Position numbers and translations under genes: made by a program. A stretch of 41,514 bases of DNA from an archaeon. GTDB lineage: Archaea; Nanobdellota; Nanobdellia; SCGC-AAA011-G17; GW2011-AR20. Numbering within the stretch: the stretch's first letter is position 1; every line of letters begins with the position of its first letter. Positions 1-9,264 of this stretch are shown here, one piece after another. A model generated the notes under the pieces. That model made no database searches and was not told the DNA's origin. It saw nothing but the letters and a program-made list of their open reading frames with translations. The stretch covers positions 1-41,514 of the forward strand of contig NYZO01000090.1 of assembly GCA_002687185.1 (NCBI GenBank). Direction: 5' to 3'.

Positions 1-135
1 AACGGTTCAGTATCATTTTAGTAACCATACGAGAAGTAGTCTACGAACCCGGATTTGGAATTCGTGCTCCTCCCAAGGCTTGATTTATAAATTTGTACAA
101 AATTATAAATAGTATGAAGTAATTGCTAGTCCTTA

Positions 136-744
136 ATGGATAAACAACTTACTAAATTACAAAAAGATACACTCAAAGAAGTCTCAAGCATTGCAGCAAA
201 CGCAGCGTCTACAGCGCTTTCTAAACTTACTGATAGAAGAATCAAGGTCAAACTTAGCAAACTGACCTTAATGCATCCTGATGACATGCCGGTAGAGTAT
301 AAAAAAGAAGAAGATGTAGGAATCCTATTCGGGATAAAAGGAGCAATAAGCGGAAGCATAGTGAGCTTATCCTCTAAAGAATCTGTTTACCTACTTGTTG
401 ATATGATTAAAGGAGAATTGCTCGGTACAACAACAAAACTAACAGAACAAGACAAAGATTTAATAAAAGAAGTAGGAAATATACTGGTCGGAAGCTATCT
501 AACCGCGCTGTCAACAATGACACGTTTAAAGCTCCCAGAATCAACGCCGATCTTGATGGAATCAACAGCGCAAGAGATACTCAAAGAAGCGTCCAGTAAA
601 ATCAAAGGCAGAACAAAACAAATACTGGTAATTGAAAATGACCTTATAGTAGATGAAAGAAAGTTTAAACAAGAACTAATACTAATACTTCTACCGAAAA
701 CACTTGAGCTATTGTTTTCACGGCTGTTTAAATGGATGGAGTAA
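136..744 (+). CDS. CheC/CheX-family protein (CheY-P phosphatase-like fold)
   Basis: 202-aa ORF. The second half carries an exact CheC active-site pattern D-x3-E-x2-N-x22-P (DLIKEVGNILVGSYLTALSTMTRLKLPESTP). The first-half copy is degenerate (DTLKEVSS, N replaced by S, no P at +23). A TATA-like AAATTATAAATAG lies ~30 nt upstream. Confidence 0.55.
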   Translation: MDKQLTKLQKDTLKEVSSIAANAASTALSKLTDRRIKVKLSKLTLMHPDDMPVEYKKEEDVGILFGIKGAISGSIVSLSSKESVYLLVDMIKGELLGTTTKLTEQDKDLIKEVGNILVGSYLTALSTMTRLKLPESTPILMESTAQEILKEASSKIKGRTKQILVIENDLIVDERKFKQELILILLPKTLELLFSRLFKWME

Positions 745-796
745 ACATTAATAGTTACATAAAAAATATAATAGAATTGAATTAATATAATAACTG

Positions 797-1873
797 ATGA
801 CGACAATATATGGTCTCGTAGAAAAGTTTAGCTTTACTCGATATTCAGGTCTTGGTATCAGTGTTAGAGAAGATCATGCGCCTTTAAACGCGATAGTTGG
901 TGATATAAGGGATAGTACAGTTGGCATTGAGTTCACACAACCAGAAGGAAGTATTCAGGTAGGGGATGTAAAACTAATCACACACGACATTTACTTAGAC
1001 CTCCACCATAAATTAAAAGAACATAATGAGATTGTTATCCTTGATGATGAAGAGACTTATAGGGCCTATGCACACTTAATTAACGAACTCCAAGATGACA
1101 AGATCCCCCCGTTAGATAGATTCAAAAAAGCAAAAAAAGCAGGATACCTCTACAAAGCACAAAGAGATGAAATAATCGCAAGAAATGTAAAAGAAAGTAA
1201 ACTCGATCATGCTTTTGTCGGAGCATACCATGCCTATTCACTTCATACACAACACGGATTTAATGATGTTTACATAGAGGGGCCATCAAACTTAGAAGAA
1301 GTAAAACAATCTATTAATTGGGAGATTGCTTTTGCAACAGACGAAAACATTCTAGAAAGCAGTCTTAGAAATATAATTCTTCGTTATGATTTAGTTCGCA
1401 TAGGTGACCTTAGTGGCCAAGTGAGAGAGGAACTAGAAAAAGATAGCAATGAAATTAGAAGCCTTGAGAGATATAATAATTTATTTGAAACAGGACGGCT
1501 TACTAAAACTAATAGAGACCCAGACTTTATAGGAGCCTGGGTACAAGGGACAGTCCCAGCTCAAGGATATTTTGAAATTTATATTGACGAATCATCTGAC
1601 GGAATAGCTAAAGGCATGATAATAGACGGGAACGGCGATGCGACATTTGAAGGATCTTTTCAAGGAGATAGTGTTGAATTCACTAAGATTTATACCGAGC
1701 CATTTATGCAGACTTATCTGCCTGGAGAAATATATTACAGGGGTGAGCGAAAATATAAGTATTATTTTGGACAATTTACATCAGCTGTAAGTCCGCGTCT
1801 AATAGGATCTTTTGCCTTATCTCGTTATGATCCGAAGTCTGGAGCAAGGATACTGAACGCAACAAAGATATAA
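797..1873 (+). CDS. hypothetical protein (358 aa)
   Basis: Long ORF with normal composition, same direction as its neighbours. No motif recognised. Confidence 0.45.
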   Translation: MTTIYGLVEKFSFTRYSGLGISVREDHAPLNAIVGDIRDSTVGIEFTQPEGSIQVGDVKLITHDIYLDLHHKLKEHNEIVILDDEETYRAYAHLINELQDDKIPPLDRFKKAKKAGYLYKAQRDEIIARNVKESKLDHAFVGAYHAYSLHTQHGFNDVYIEGPSNLEEVKQSINWEIAFATDENILESSLRNIILRYDLVRIGDLSGQVREELEKDSNEIRSLERYNNLFETGRLTKTNRDPDFIGAWVQGTVPAQGYFEIYIDESSDGIAKGMIIDGNGDATFEGSFQGDSVEFTKIYTEPFMQTYLPGEIYYRGERKYKYYFGQFTSAVSPRLIGSFALSRYDPKSGARILNATKI

Positions 1874-1973
1874 TAGCAATCTTTGGAACTAGATGATAAG
1901 ATTTAGAAGACTAATTAAGAATAATAAACAATCATCCAACACCCTTAAAAACCAGAAAATACACTTTTATTTC

Positions 1974-3215
1974 ATGCAACCATCTATTGAAATCATGGCA
2001 CCTGCTGGATCGTTTGCGTCAATGAGGGCAGCACTTAACGCTGGATGCGATTCTGTATATTTTGGTGTTGCACAACTTAATATGCGCGCTAGGTCTGCTA
2101 ATAATTTTGTTTTGGATGATCTTGAAAAAATAAGCGAAATTTGTAAGAAAAAAAACGTTAAGACCTATCTAACTGTTAATACGATCTTGTATAATCATGA
2201 CATAAACTTAATGAAAAAGATCTGTGACGAAGCGAAGAAACATCATATAACAGCGATAATCGCAAGCGATGTTGCAGCTATACAATACGCAAACTCGATT
2301 GGTTTGACTGTGCATATTTCAACACAAGCAAATGTTACTAATATTGAAACCGTGAAATTTTATTCTCAATATGCCGATGTGATGGTGCTTGCACGTGAAC
2401 TTACCCTAGACCAAATTAAAGATATTATTTCGCAAGTTAAAAAAGAAAAGATTTTAGGACCTAAAGGCGAGCTCGTACGTATCGAAGTTTTTGCTCACGG
2501 CGCTTTATGTGTTGCAATATCTGGAAAATGTTATATGAGTTTAGCCACAAACCACGCCTCAGCTAATAGAGGTGCTTGTGTTCAAAATTGTCGCAGATCA
2601 TACCGGGTAGTAGACGATGAAACAGGCGAAGAATTAAAAATCGATAACAAATATATAATGTCTCCTAAAGATCTTTGTACTATTCCGTTCTTAGATCAAT
2701 TGTTAGACGTAGGTGTTTCTGTACTTAAAATTGAAGGACGTGGCCGATCGCCTGAATATGTGTCAACTGTAGTTCGAGTCTATAAAGAAGGGGTTGAAGC
2801 ATATCTTAACAAAACCTTTACAAAAGAAAAAACAAAAGAGTGGGTCAAACAACTTGAAACTGTTTATAACAGAGGGTTTTGGCATGGCGGCTATTATATG
2901 GGAAAACAATTAGGTGAGTGGTCAGGAGTTTATGGATCCCAAGCAACGCAACAAAAAGTTTCTTTAGGAAAAGTAAAACATTATTACAAAAAAGCAAAAA
3001 TAGCCGAAGTCATTGTTGAAACTGGAACTGTGGAGGAAAATGAACCGATCTTAGTAATTGGACCTACCACCGGTGTGGTTGAAACAAATGTTTTGAGTAT
3101 ATACAAAGATGAAGTGCCAGTAAAGAAAGCTGAAAAAGGAGACTTAGTGACTGTGCCAATACCAGAAATTGTACGCGAAAATGATCAAGTCTTTAAAGTG
3201 ATCAAAAAAGAATGA
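1974..3215 (+). CDS. peptidase-U32-family protein (collagenase-like; RlhA/TrhP-type family)
   Basis: The U32 signature E-x-F-x2-G-[SA]-[LIVM]-C-x4-G-x-C-x-[LIVM]-S is matched by EVFAHGALCVAISGKCYMS. The family-typical N-terminus is present (IEIMAPAGSFASMRAALNAGCDSVYFG). The ORF is open from 1893, but the family N-terminus fits the ATG at 1974. Confidence 0.8.
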   Translation: MQPSIEIMAPAGSFASMRAALNAGCDSVYFGVAQLNMRARSANNFVLDDLEKISEICKKKNVKTYLTVNTILYNHDINLMKKICDEAKKHHITAIIASDVAAIQYANSIGLTVHISTQANVTNIETVKFYSQYADVMVLARELTLDQIKDIISQVKKEKILGPKGELVRIEVFAHGALCVAISGKCYMSLATNHASANRGACVQNCRRSYRVVDDETGEELKIDNKYIMSPKDLCTIPFLDQLLDVGVSVLKIEGRGRSPEYVSTVVRVYKEGVEAYLNKTFTKEKTKEWVKQLETVYNRGFWHGGYYMGKQLGEWSGVYGSQATQQKVSLGKVKHYYKKAKIAEVIVETGTVEENEPILVIGPTTGVVETNVLSIYKDEVPVKKAEKGDLVTVPIPEIVRENDQVFKVIKKE

Positions 3216-3439
3216 CCAAAATTATGCACGTAAGAGACAAATGTATTGGTTGTAATCTATGCGCGCAACAGTCGCCTGAAAAATGGAAGATGGATGACAA
3301 CGACGGGAAAGCTGATTTAATTAATGGTCGTGATAATAAGGGTGTACAAACACTTGTAATAGCGCCTGATGAGAAACCGCTGCAACAAACTATAGCTAAA
3401 CAATGTCCAGCTAAATGTATACATGTGCTCGAGAACTAA
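3212..3439 (+). CDS. small single-cluster [4Fe-4S] ferredoxin
   Basis: 75 aa with CIGCNLC (C-x2-C-x2-C) plus a distal C-P (QCPAKC). It overlaps the U32 stop codon by 4 nt (ATGA), which implies translational coupling. Confidence 0.6.
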   Translation: MTKIMHVRDKCIGCNLCAQQSPEKWKMDDNDGKADLINGRDNKGVQTLVIAPDEKPLQQTIAKQCPAKCIHVLEN

Positions 3440-3479
3440 CTTTTAATTTGTGTAGCTAACAAAAAAGATGTTAGGATCT

Positions 3480-4157
3480 TTAAAGTATCGATTTGAACAT
3501 TTCTATATTTTTTAAATCTATATCAAACTTCTTCTCCATAAATACACCTTTAAACGAATCAATAAAATCTTTCTTATCCAACAAACTAAGTAAATAAGTA
3601 ATATGTTTTTTCAGGATTTTCTGATCTGTATTTTTCAAATGTTCCTTAATTTCAGCTATATTAATATCCTGACTCAACGCTACGATATCTCTAAAATCTG
3701 TTAGCCTACCGGCTTGTAATTTCATTACAATAAGCAATTCCCTACTCGGTGTCCTTACCCTAATTTCTTTCTCTATCCCTTTAATTGTCTTTTTCGATGA
3801 ACCTTTATCAATCGTATCAAAACTTAATGATGAATCTGTCTGCCTTATACCCATACCACCAATCATTAGGTCAAAACTAACTGTTAATTCGTCCTTTATT
3901 TCATACCTAATAAACTCAGTAGAATAAAGATTATCCAGTTCCTTAGAGATTGTCTTCTTGAATTTTTTTTGTTTCAATATCTCTTCGAATTTCTTTAAGT
4001 CCTCTTTCCGAATTACGATATCAGCATCCACAGAAAATCTGTGCTTATACGCTGAGACAGCATAACCGCCAATAAGTATGAAATCAAGACCGTTATCTAT
4101 GAATAATTGTAACATCTCAAAAATGATGTTTTCTCTTTGGATATATCTATCAAACAT
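3480..4157 (-). CDS. nucleotidyltransferase-fold protein (AbiEii/MNT-like, putative toxin)
   Basis: The pol-beta NTase motif hG[GS]-x9-13-Dh[DE]h is matched by LIGGYAVSAYKHRFSVDADIVI. The gene overlaps its upstream partner by 8 nt. Confidence 0.5.
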   Translation of the reverse strand: MFDRYIQRENIIFEMLQLFIDNGLDFILIGGYAVSAYKHRFSVDADIVIRKEDLKKFEEILKQKKFKKTISKELDNLYSTEFIRYEIKDELTVSFDLMIGGMGIRQTDSSLSFDTIDKGSSKKTIKGIEKEIRVRTPSRELLIVMKLQAGRLTDFRDIVALSQDINIAEIKEHLKNTDQKILKKHITYLLSLLDKKDFIDSFKGVFMEKKFDIDLKNIEMFKSIL

Positions 4158-4791
4158 AATTTATCTCCTTATATTTTATTTTTAACCCTTTACCATACAT
4201 TTCCTGAACCATTTCTAATGCAGGCTGGAAATTGTAGATGTATTTTTTCATGAATTTTATAGTGATGTTTAAACTATCTACAGGATTTCCATCTAAATCA
4301 ACTATACCAAATTCATCTAATATCTCTATATGATAAGATATTCCGTTTTTTCTTCCAATCTTTAAACTTAATTTTTTACAGTATTCCTTAAAGACAGGTA
4401 ATTGATCAGCCTTAACTTTGATGAAAATTGGATAATGACCCTTGAATCTAGCTATATTGTAACCTCCCTTGGTCCAGACAAAAACTGCGTCTGTTTTTGT
4501 AAAACAGTATTTAATCCCAAACAACCGTAATGTAGAATAATGAAAATGTATATCTTCGGAAAATGTTTTTTTAATAAAATCTATCGTATCCTTGTAAAAT
4601 TGATTCTCTTGATTTAATGTTAATCTTACTCTTGAACCTTTAAAGACTCCGATCTTGATCAATCGTGTTATCCATTTGTATGTCCATCCATAGCTCAAAT
4701 GTATTCTCTTAGCTATTGCATTTATTGAGTCCTCATTCCTTGCAGCGATTATTATTTTAATAACATAAGGATTAATAATGTCTGTTTCCAC
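4150..4791 (-). CDS. winged-HTH protein, putative AbiEi-like partner of the NTase
   Basis: The N-terminal segment INAIAKRIHLSYGWTYKWITRLIKIGVFK resembles a wHTH. The 8-nt overlap with the NTase gene implies a two-gene operon. A BRE/TATA (AAAAGGTTTAAATACC) lies ~28 nt upstream. Confidence 0.4.
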   Translation of the reverse strand: METDIINPYVIKIIIAARNEDSINAIAKRIHLSYGWTYKWITRLIKIGVFKGSRVRLTLNQENQFYKDTIDFIKKTFSEDIHFHYSTLRLFGIKYCFTKTDAVFVWTKGGYNIARFKGHYPIFIKVKADQLPVFKEYCKKLSLKIGRKNGISYHIEILDEFGIVDLDGNPVDSLNITIKFMKKYIYNFQPALEMVQEMYGKGLKIKYKEINYV

Positions 4792-4813
4792 AGTTATCAG
4801 TATAGTGATAAGT

Positions 4814-4829
4814 GGTATTTAAACCTTTT
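4814..4829 (-). promoter_or_regulatory. BRE/TATA promoter of the wHTH-NTase pair
   Basis: The minus strand reads AAAAGGTTTAAATACC, centred ~28 nt upstream of the ATG at 4791, consistent with a leaderless or short-leader mRNA. Confidence 0.45.
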
Positions 4830-4955
4830 GATTGGACACACAATGCTATAGATTCTCAGAGAGACCACGTGTTATTAGACCCCCATTCAAAGATAAAAGT
4901 CTACAAAATTACAGAAATTGTTGATCATAATTTGGACAGATCTAATTAACTATAA

Positions 4956-5573
4956 TCAATGCGCACTAATTAGGTGAAAGTCTTTTCTTTCTAAATCAGC
5001 AACATATTTCAGATATTCTTTGTAGGTATTATTAAACGTAACATTCTCAAGCATCGTTTGGTATAACTTATCGTATCCTAGAAACTGCTTTAAACATGAT
5101 ACAATTCTATCGTTTTGAAAAACTGTCAGTCCAAGATCGATAGGACCTTGGATTCGGTGTTGAGTTACTTCTATGAGACGATCATTTGCGTGAGTAAACT
5201 TACCGTAACCAATATCTACTTGATTCCCGTTTGGAAAATTAATATAATGTTTATCTACTTGAGACTCAATATCGGTATAAAACTCTATTAAAAAGTGAGG
5301 TAAGCTGATTGTTGCATCTTTGGGATCAACTAACTCTTGGATCACTAATTCATAAAAGCAACCCTCGCCTGATAACCAATCCATAGTAGCATACGAGAAA
5401 TCTAGGCAAGGATGACGGTAAAAAACTAACTCCTCTTCTAAAATATTTGGCATAGTGCCTTTTCCGAATCGTTTAAGAACTAAATCGTTAGGTAACCAAC
5501 CAAGTTGAATATTTCTATTCAAAAAATCAATGAACTTGTTAGATGGAACCTGGACTTGGTCTTCTGTCATCAA
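4956..5573 (-). CDS. hypothetical protein (205 aa)
   Basis: ORF with normal composition. No motif recognised. Confidence 0.45.
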   Translation of the reverse strand: MMTEDQVQVPSNKFIDFLNRNIQLGWLPNDLVLKRFGKGTMPNILEEELVFYRHPCLDFSYATMDWLSGEGCFYELVIQELVDPKDATISLPHFLIEFYTDIESQVDKHYINFPNGNQVDIGYGKFTHANDRLIEVTQHRIQGPIDLGLTVFQNDRIVSCLKQFLGYDKLYQTMLENVTFNNTYKEYLKYVADLERKDFHLISAH

Positions 5574-5651
5574 CTTGAATAAATAACTAGGTATTAAAAA
5601 AAGTTATGTAACCCAAAGATTTATATTGTTATGTCGTAAAATAGATGATTC

Positions 5652-6164
5652 ATGAAAAGATACATCGCTAAATCAATGATTATGCTAATCATATTTGCAC
5701 TTGTGATCACCCCAATAGTTGCAACCTCACACCAAGAAGAATTACTTGACGAGGACGAAGCGCCAACGCGAGAAGAAATAAAAGCGAAAATAGAAGAAGC
5801 CTCAATTGACGCAGAACTTACAAAAAGGATAAAGTTTATTTTACCCATCACAATGAAACTAACCCTCACAGATAGTGATGAAGAACCGTTTGTATTCGGG
5901 TTGTTTGCAGATGGTCTAACTATAATTGAAAATCCGAAAAAAATAGATCTTGCAATCACTGGCACAACCGAACAAACAATGGATGCGTTCGATGAAGATA
6001 CAGAAGATACAGGAAAAGCGTTAACTACGTTCTCGTTTAAAACACAATCATTTAAAGGAAGTGTGCTAGCTATAGGACTTGAAGCTGCTTATAATACAGT
6101 GTTGATTGAAGACCCAACCTTCTCGCAAAAAGTGCTTAAATGGGTTGTTAATAGATTTGTCTAG
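5652..6164 (+). CDS. hypothetical secreted or membrane-anchored acidic protein
   Basis: N-terminal hydrophobic helix (SMIMLIIFALVITPIVA) followed by an acidic region. Confidence 0.45.
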   Translation: MKRYIAKSMIMLIIFALVITPIVATSHQEELLDEDEAPTREEIKAKIEEASIDAELTKRIKFILPITMKLTLTDSDEEPFVFGLFADGLTIIENPKKIDLAITGTTEQTMDAFDEDTEDTGKALTTFSFKTQSFKGSVLAIGLEAAYNTVLIEDPTFSQKVLKWVVNRFV

Positions 6165-6165
6165 T

Positions 6166-6561
6166 CTATAACTTATATCTATCCGCTAGATTAACCTTTA
6201 ATTTTGATAACACTGGGTTTACTACAGACCTTTTTACGGATTTGACTTTTATTTTGGATACAATCGACTCAACATAAGAGATAATATCTTTAGGATCATC
6301 GTCTTTTGGGATAGCAAAACGAACGCAATTGTCTTTGTCTGTTGCGTTCTCAACCAAGATGTTTCTTCCCTTTTCTAAACAATACTTCCTAATCCTGCCA
6401 CGAAGCATCACGCCAGTAAGCTTAGATGAAGATGTCGTTAATTCGTATAAGTCCCAATAAATTAGAGATGATGACATATAATCAAAAAAAGAAAAAGCTA
6501 TTAATAAAATGACCGGGTTAATATACCATAATAGGTGGTTCTGGATACTCGTCTTTTTCAA
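6166..6561 (-). CDS. hypothetical small membrane-anchored protein
   Basis: N-terminal TM segment (INPVILLIAFSFF). It overlaps the 3' end of the upstream beta-propeller gene by 44 nt, so an internal Met at 6477 is an alternative start. A weak acylphosphatase-like pattern is not supported. Confidence 0.35.
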   Translation of the reverse strand: MKKTSIQNHLLWYINPVILLIAFSFFDYMSSSLIYWDLYELTTSSSKLTGVMLRGRIRKYCLEKGRNILVENATDKDNCVRFAIPKDDDPKDIISYVESIVSKIKVKSVKRSVVNPVLSKLKVNLADRYKL

Positions 6562-8479
6562 ACACTAACGACTTAATCCGGTCCAAAGACGCTAAATCGT
6601 TTAGTTGCAGACGCGCGTTTGATAACGTGTACAACACATCACCAATGTACAAGCTTCGCATGATCGCTCCATCATTATAAAAGTAAAAACCTGCCTTGTC
6701 GTACACATCACTCTCATCAATATGGGTTACTTTCCCTCTTAATTGGAAACCGTTCTTAACAGTTAGATCATATACGTAAGCGCCTTGGAAAACTACATCA
6801 CCATATTGATTGTCACGAGTTTTCTCGCCTTGAATTTCTGCAACAGTAACAGGCAACACCATCAGATTTCGTTCTCTGTCAAACAAAAAAGCTCTATGAT
6901 CGCTTAATACTGGAGAACTAGTCCCACGGTCGCCAATAATTTCTTTGTGTAGTTCAATTGGATTATTTACATCAGACACGTCAAACAAAGCAATCTTTAC
7001 ACCCTGATACCATGCAAAGTCTAAGTTACGTTCTGCAACAAGACTCTCGCTCGCTTCTACAGTGTCTTTTCCAATACCAATTATATGGTTCTCGTCATAG
7101 GGATGCAAATAATCTGAAAATCCAGGGATCTTTAGTTTACCTAATACATGAGGATTTGACGGTTCTGCTAAGTCAATCACAAACAATGGATCAACTTTCT
7201 TAAACGTTACAATATATCCACGCTTGCCCATGAACCTAACTGAGAAAATGCTCTCACCTGGAGCTAAATCTTCTAGACTACCGACAATGTCTAAGTCCTT
7301 ATCAAGTACATAAACATTATTCTTTGATTTTTCTTTCGTACTCCAAGACTCGCCGATAGTAGTTGCAATACGGAAATGGTTATCAAACTCGTCCATTGAA
7401 AACTGGTTTAAAATATGACCTGGAACACTGCCGCGCGACACAAAACTGATTTTACCGTTGTCTAACCCGAATTTAGTGATCATAGTACGCTCAGAGTTAG
7501 GCTCAATGTCACCTTCAATGAACGGGCGCAGTGGCTGGATCCAACCGCCGGGCCAAGAAGTTTGAGCAATGTAGAGCGCCTTGTCTGATGCGTACACGTT
7601 ACTGCCGCTGCCCACAATCGTCTCTTTAACAATAGGTCGCTCCTCATCAGTCATTGAAATAGACGCAATCGTGATAAACTGCTCTGCTTGGATAGGTTCA
7701 ATAAAACCTATGTCAGTGCAAGGTGCAATAGGTCGTAGAGCCTCGTTATAAAGTGAATCGCTAAACTGAGGCACGAATTCATCACACTCAGTTAATGAAT
7801 GAGTAGAATACGAAGGGTACGTGTTCACTACAAAATAAACGTCACTATCAATCTTTCTTGAAGTCAAATAATCGCCTTGGATCTCAACTGTGCGCAATAA
7901 TTTAGGGTCTGACCTGTCAATTATATCATACAATTTAACGGCTGTTGTGCTGCTGTAGTACGGATAAAACATGTTATCATCATCAAAAGCTATTTCGTGT
8001 CGGGGAGAGTTAGGGGTTTGTCGGCCGAACAGTAATAACCGATCATTGTGGATGAACAATTCTTGGGGATGGAAATTTTTAATATCAAAACTAGTTACTA
8101 TCTCTGAATTAGGGTGAGCCTTAGCAATGACTAAATTACCGTTACTTACCATATAAATAAATTTTCCGTCAGTCTTAATAATATCAGCCTCGTCAATGCC
8201 TGCGACTTGAACATTTGTGGTTGAGAAATCAGCTGTGTCATCAGTACTTGCAGATAAAGTTGCGAATTGTCTGTTGCTTGAACTCTCTAAAAATATACCA
8301 CTGCTACCTACATGAGAATTTTCAAATGCGTCTATGAGCGCCTGATCTGACTCGAAACGGACCAGTTGACCATCATCGTCTAAAGGTGTTTCAATAGTGT
8401 GATCTGTGCAGCCGCCTAAAAAAATTACGCCCGCAAACAAGACCATTGTCAACATGAATAGTGTGTGTTTTGATTTCAT
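6518..8479 (-). CDS. secreted beta-propeller-domain lipoprotein (Beta_propel-like family)
   Basis: Signal peptide with lipobox-like FLGGC. The C-terminal region (FVIDLAEPSNPHVLGKLKIPGFSDYLHPYDENHIIGIGKD) resembles, from memory, the archaeal/Firmicute beta-propeller domain family. Confidence 0.6.
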   Translation of the reverse strand: MKSKHTLFMLTMVLFAGVIFLGGCTDHTIETPLDDDGQLVRFESDQALIDAFENSHVGSSGIFLESSSNRQFATLSASTDDTADFSTTNVQVAGIDEADIIKTDGKFIYMVSNGNLVIAKAHPNSEIVTSFDIKNFHPQELFIHNDRLLLFGRQTPNSPRHEIAFDDDNMFYPYYSSTTAVKLYDIIDRSDPKLLRTVEIQGDYLTSRKIDSDVYFVVNTYPSYSTHSLTECDEFVPQFSDSLYNEALRPIAPCTDIGFIEPIQAEQFITIASISMTDEERPIVKETIVGSGSNVYASDKALYIAQTSWPGGWIQPLRPFIEGDIEPNSERTMITKFGLDNGKISFVSRGSVPGHILNQFSMDEFDNHFRIATTIGESWSTKEKSKNNVYVLDKDLDIVGSLEDLAPGESIFSVRFMGKRGYIVTFKKVDPLFVIDLAEPSNPHVLGKLKIPGFSDYLHPYDENHIIGIGKDTVEASESLVAERNLDFAWYQGVKIALFDVSDVNNPIELHKEIIGDRGTSSPVLSDHRAFLFDRERNLMVLPVTVAEIQGEKTRDNQYGDVVFQGAYVYDLTVKNGFQLRGKVTHIDESDVYDKAGFYFYNDGAIMRSLYIGDVLYTLSNARLQLNDLASLDRIKSLVFEKDEYPEPPIMVY

Positions 8480-8520
8480 AAATAATTGTAAAACTTATGT
8501 ATATAAAGGCTTATCGATGA

Positions 8521-9138
8521 CTACGAACTAAGTGGAAGTCTATAGGGGGAAACACGATCAATAAAGTCCATTCTCATTAATTCTTGTCTGACACCTTCCT
8601 CGAGCATCCCTTCTCGGCAATAAACCAGAACAGTGAGATTCTTTTGGTTTTTTCCAAAAGGAGAACCATACAATTTTTGAGTTATATTAAGTCCCCTATT
8701 ACCTACCAGTAACGAATCAATTAAGGACCTTTTTTGTGTGGAAATGGCGTCTTTAGTTAAAACAATCTCATAATGATAACAAGGTACCGGCTCTTCAATA
8801 TCACTCATCGGAGGGAGTACAAAATTTGGATTTAATTCTTGAATGTTATTTACTAGGGGTTTTTTTTGCGCTTCATCAAGCGCTAAGACATCTACAGCCG
8901 CTAAAAATTGTATATATGTAGAACCCCTCATATCAATAACATTCTCCCAATCATAATTCTCAAAACCAGAAATAGCTCGTTGGACAGTATGTTTTGATGT
9001 CAAAGCAGAATGAGAGTAATCCTGAAGGATTGTTGTAGCTAAATCACCCTGTTTGTATCCTGCGTCCTCTCTTAATTTAACAAAATAATTGGTAAGACTT
9101 TTCGTTTGTTCTACAGAATAGTATTTTTTTTTGGGCAT
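8521..9138 (-). CDS. hypothetical protein with possible N-terminal HTH
   Basis: The ORF is open to 9147 and the first ATG is at 9138 (MPKKKYY). The segment GYKQGDLATTILQDYSHSALTSKHTVQRAISG is loosely XRE-like. Confidence 0.4.
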   Translation of the reverse strand: MPKKKYYSVEQTKSLTNYFVKLREDAGYKQGDLATTILQDYSHSALTSKHTVQRAISGFENYDWENVIDMRGSTYIQFLAAVDVLALDEAQKKPLVNNIQELNPNFVLPPMSDIEEPVPCYHYEIVLTKDAISTQKRSLIDSLLVGNRGLNITQKLYGSPFGKNQKNLTVLVYCREGMLEEGVRQELMRMDFIDRVSPYRLPLSS

Positions 9139-9264
9139 ATTAACCAAAGTTGATCGCTATTTCTTAAAGATTATTAAGCTCAAATATACTTTTAATATAG
9201 ATATCGTCAATTATCCGCTTTTTAAACCTGAATCTTTTTAAATCTAGTATAGGCCTTATGTGTT

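Noticed and set aside
1-112. Possible gene fragments at the 5' window edge: a plus frame open from nt 2 to the TAG at 110-112, and a minus-strand ATG at 26-28 running out of the window
   Set aside because: Only 9-36 codons are visible and they contain no recognisable motif, so neither can be supported. I also checked for a tRNA-like T-arm around 40-60, but no cloverleaf forms.
1893-1973. An N-terminal extension of the U32 gene (MIRFRRLIKNNKQSSNTLKNQKIHFYF)
   Set aside because: The basic, low-complexity leader is not part of the U32 family N-terminus, which normally begins just before the ...APAG motif. The ATG at 1974 is preferred, although the longer form cannot be excluded without transcript data.
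5621-5965. Minus-strand 114-aa ORF overlapping 5652-6164
   Set aside because: It is a Ser-rich shadow ORF of the acidic plus-strand gene, which has a proper signal/anchor helix and upstream context.
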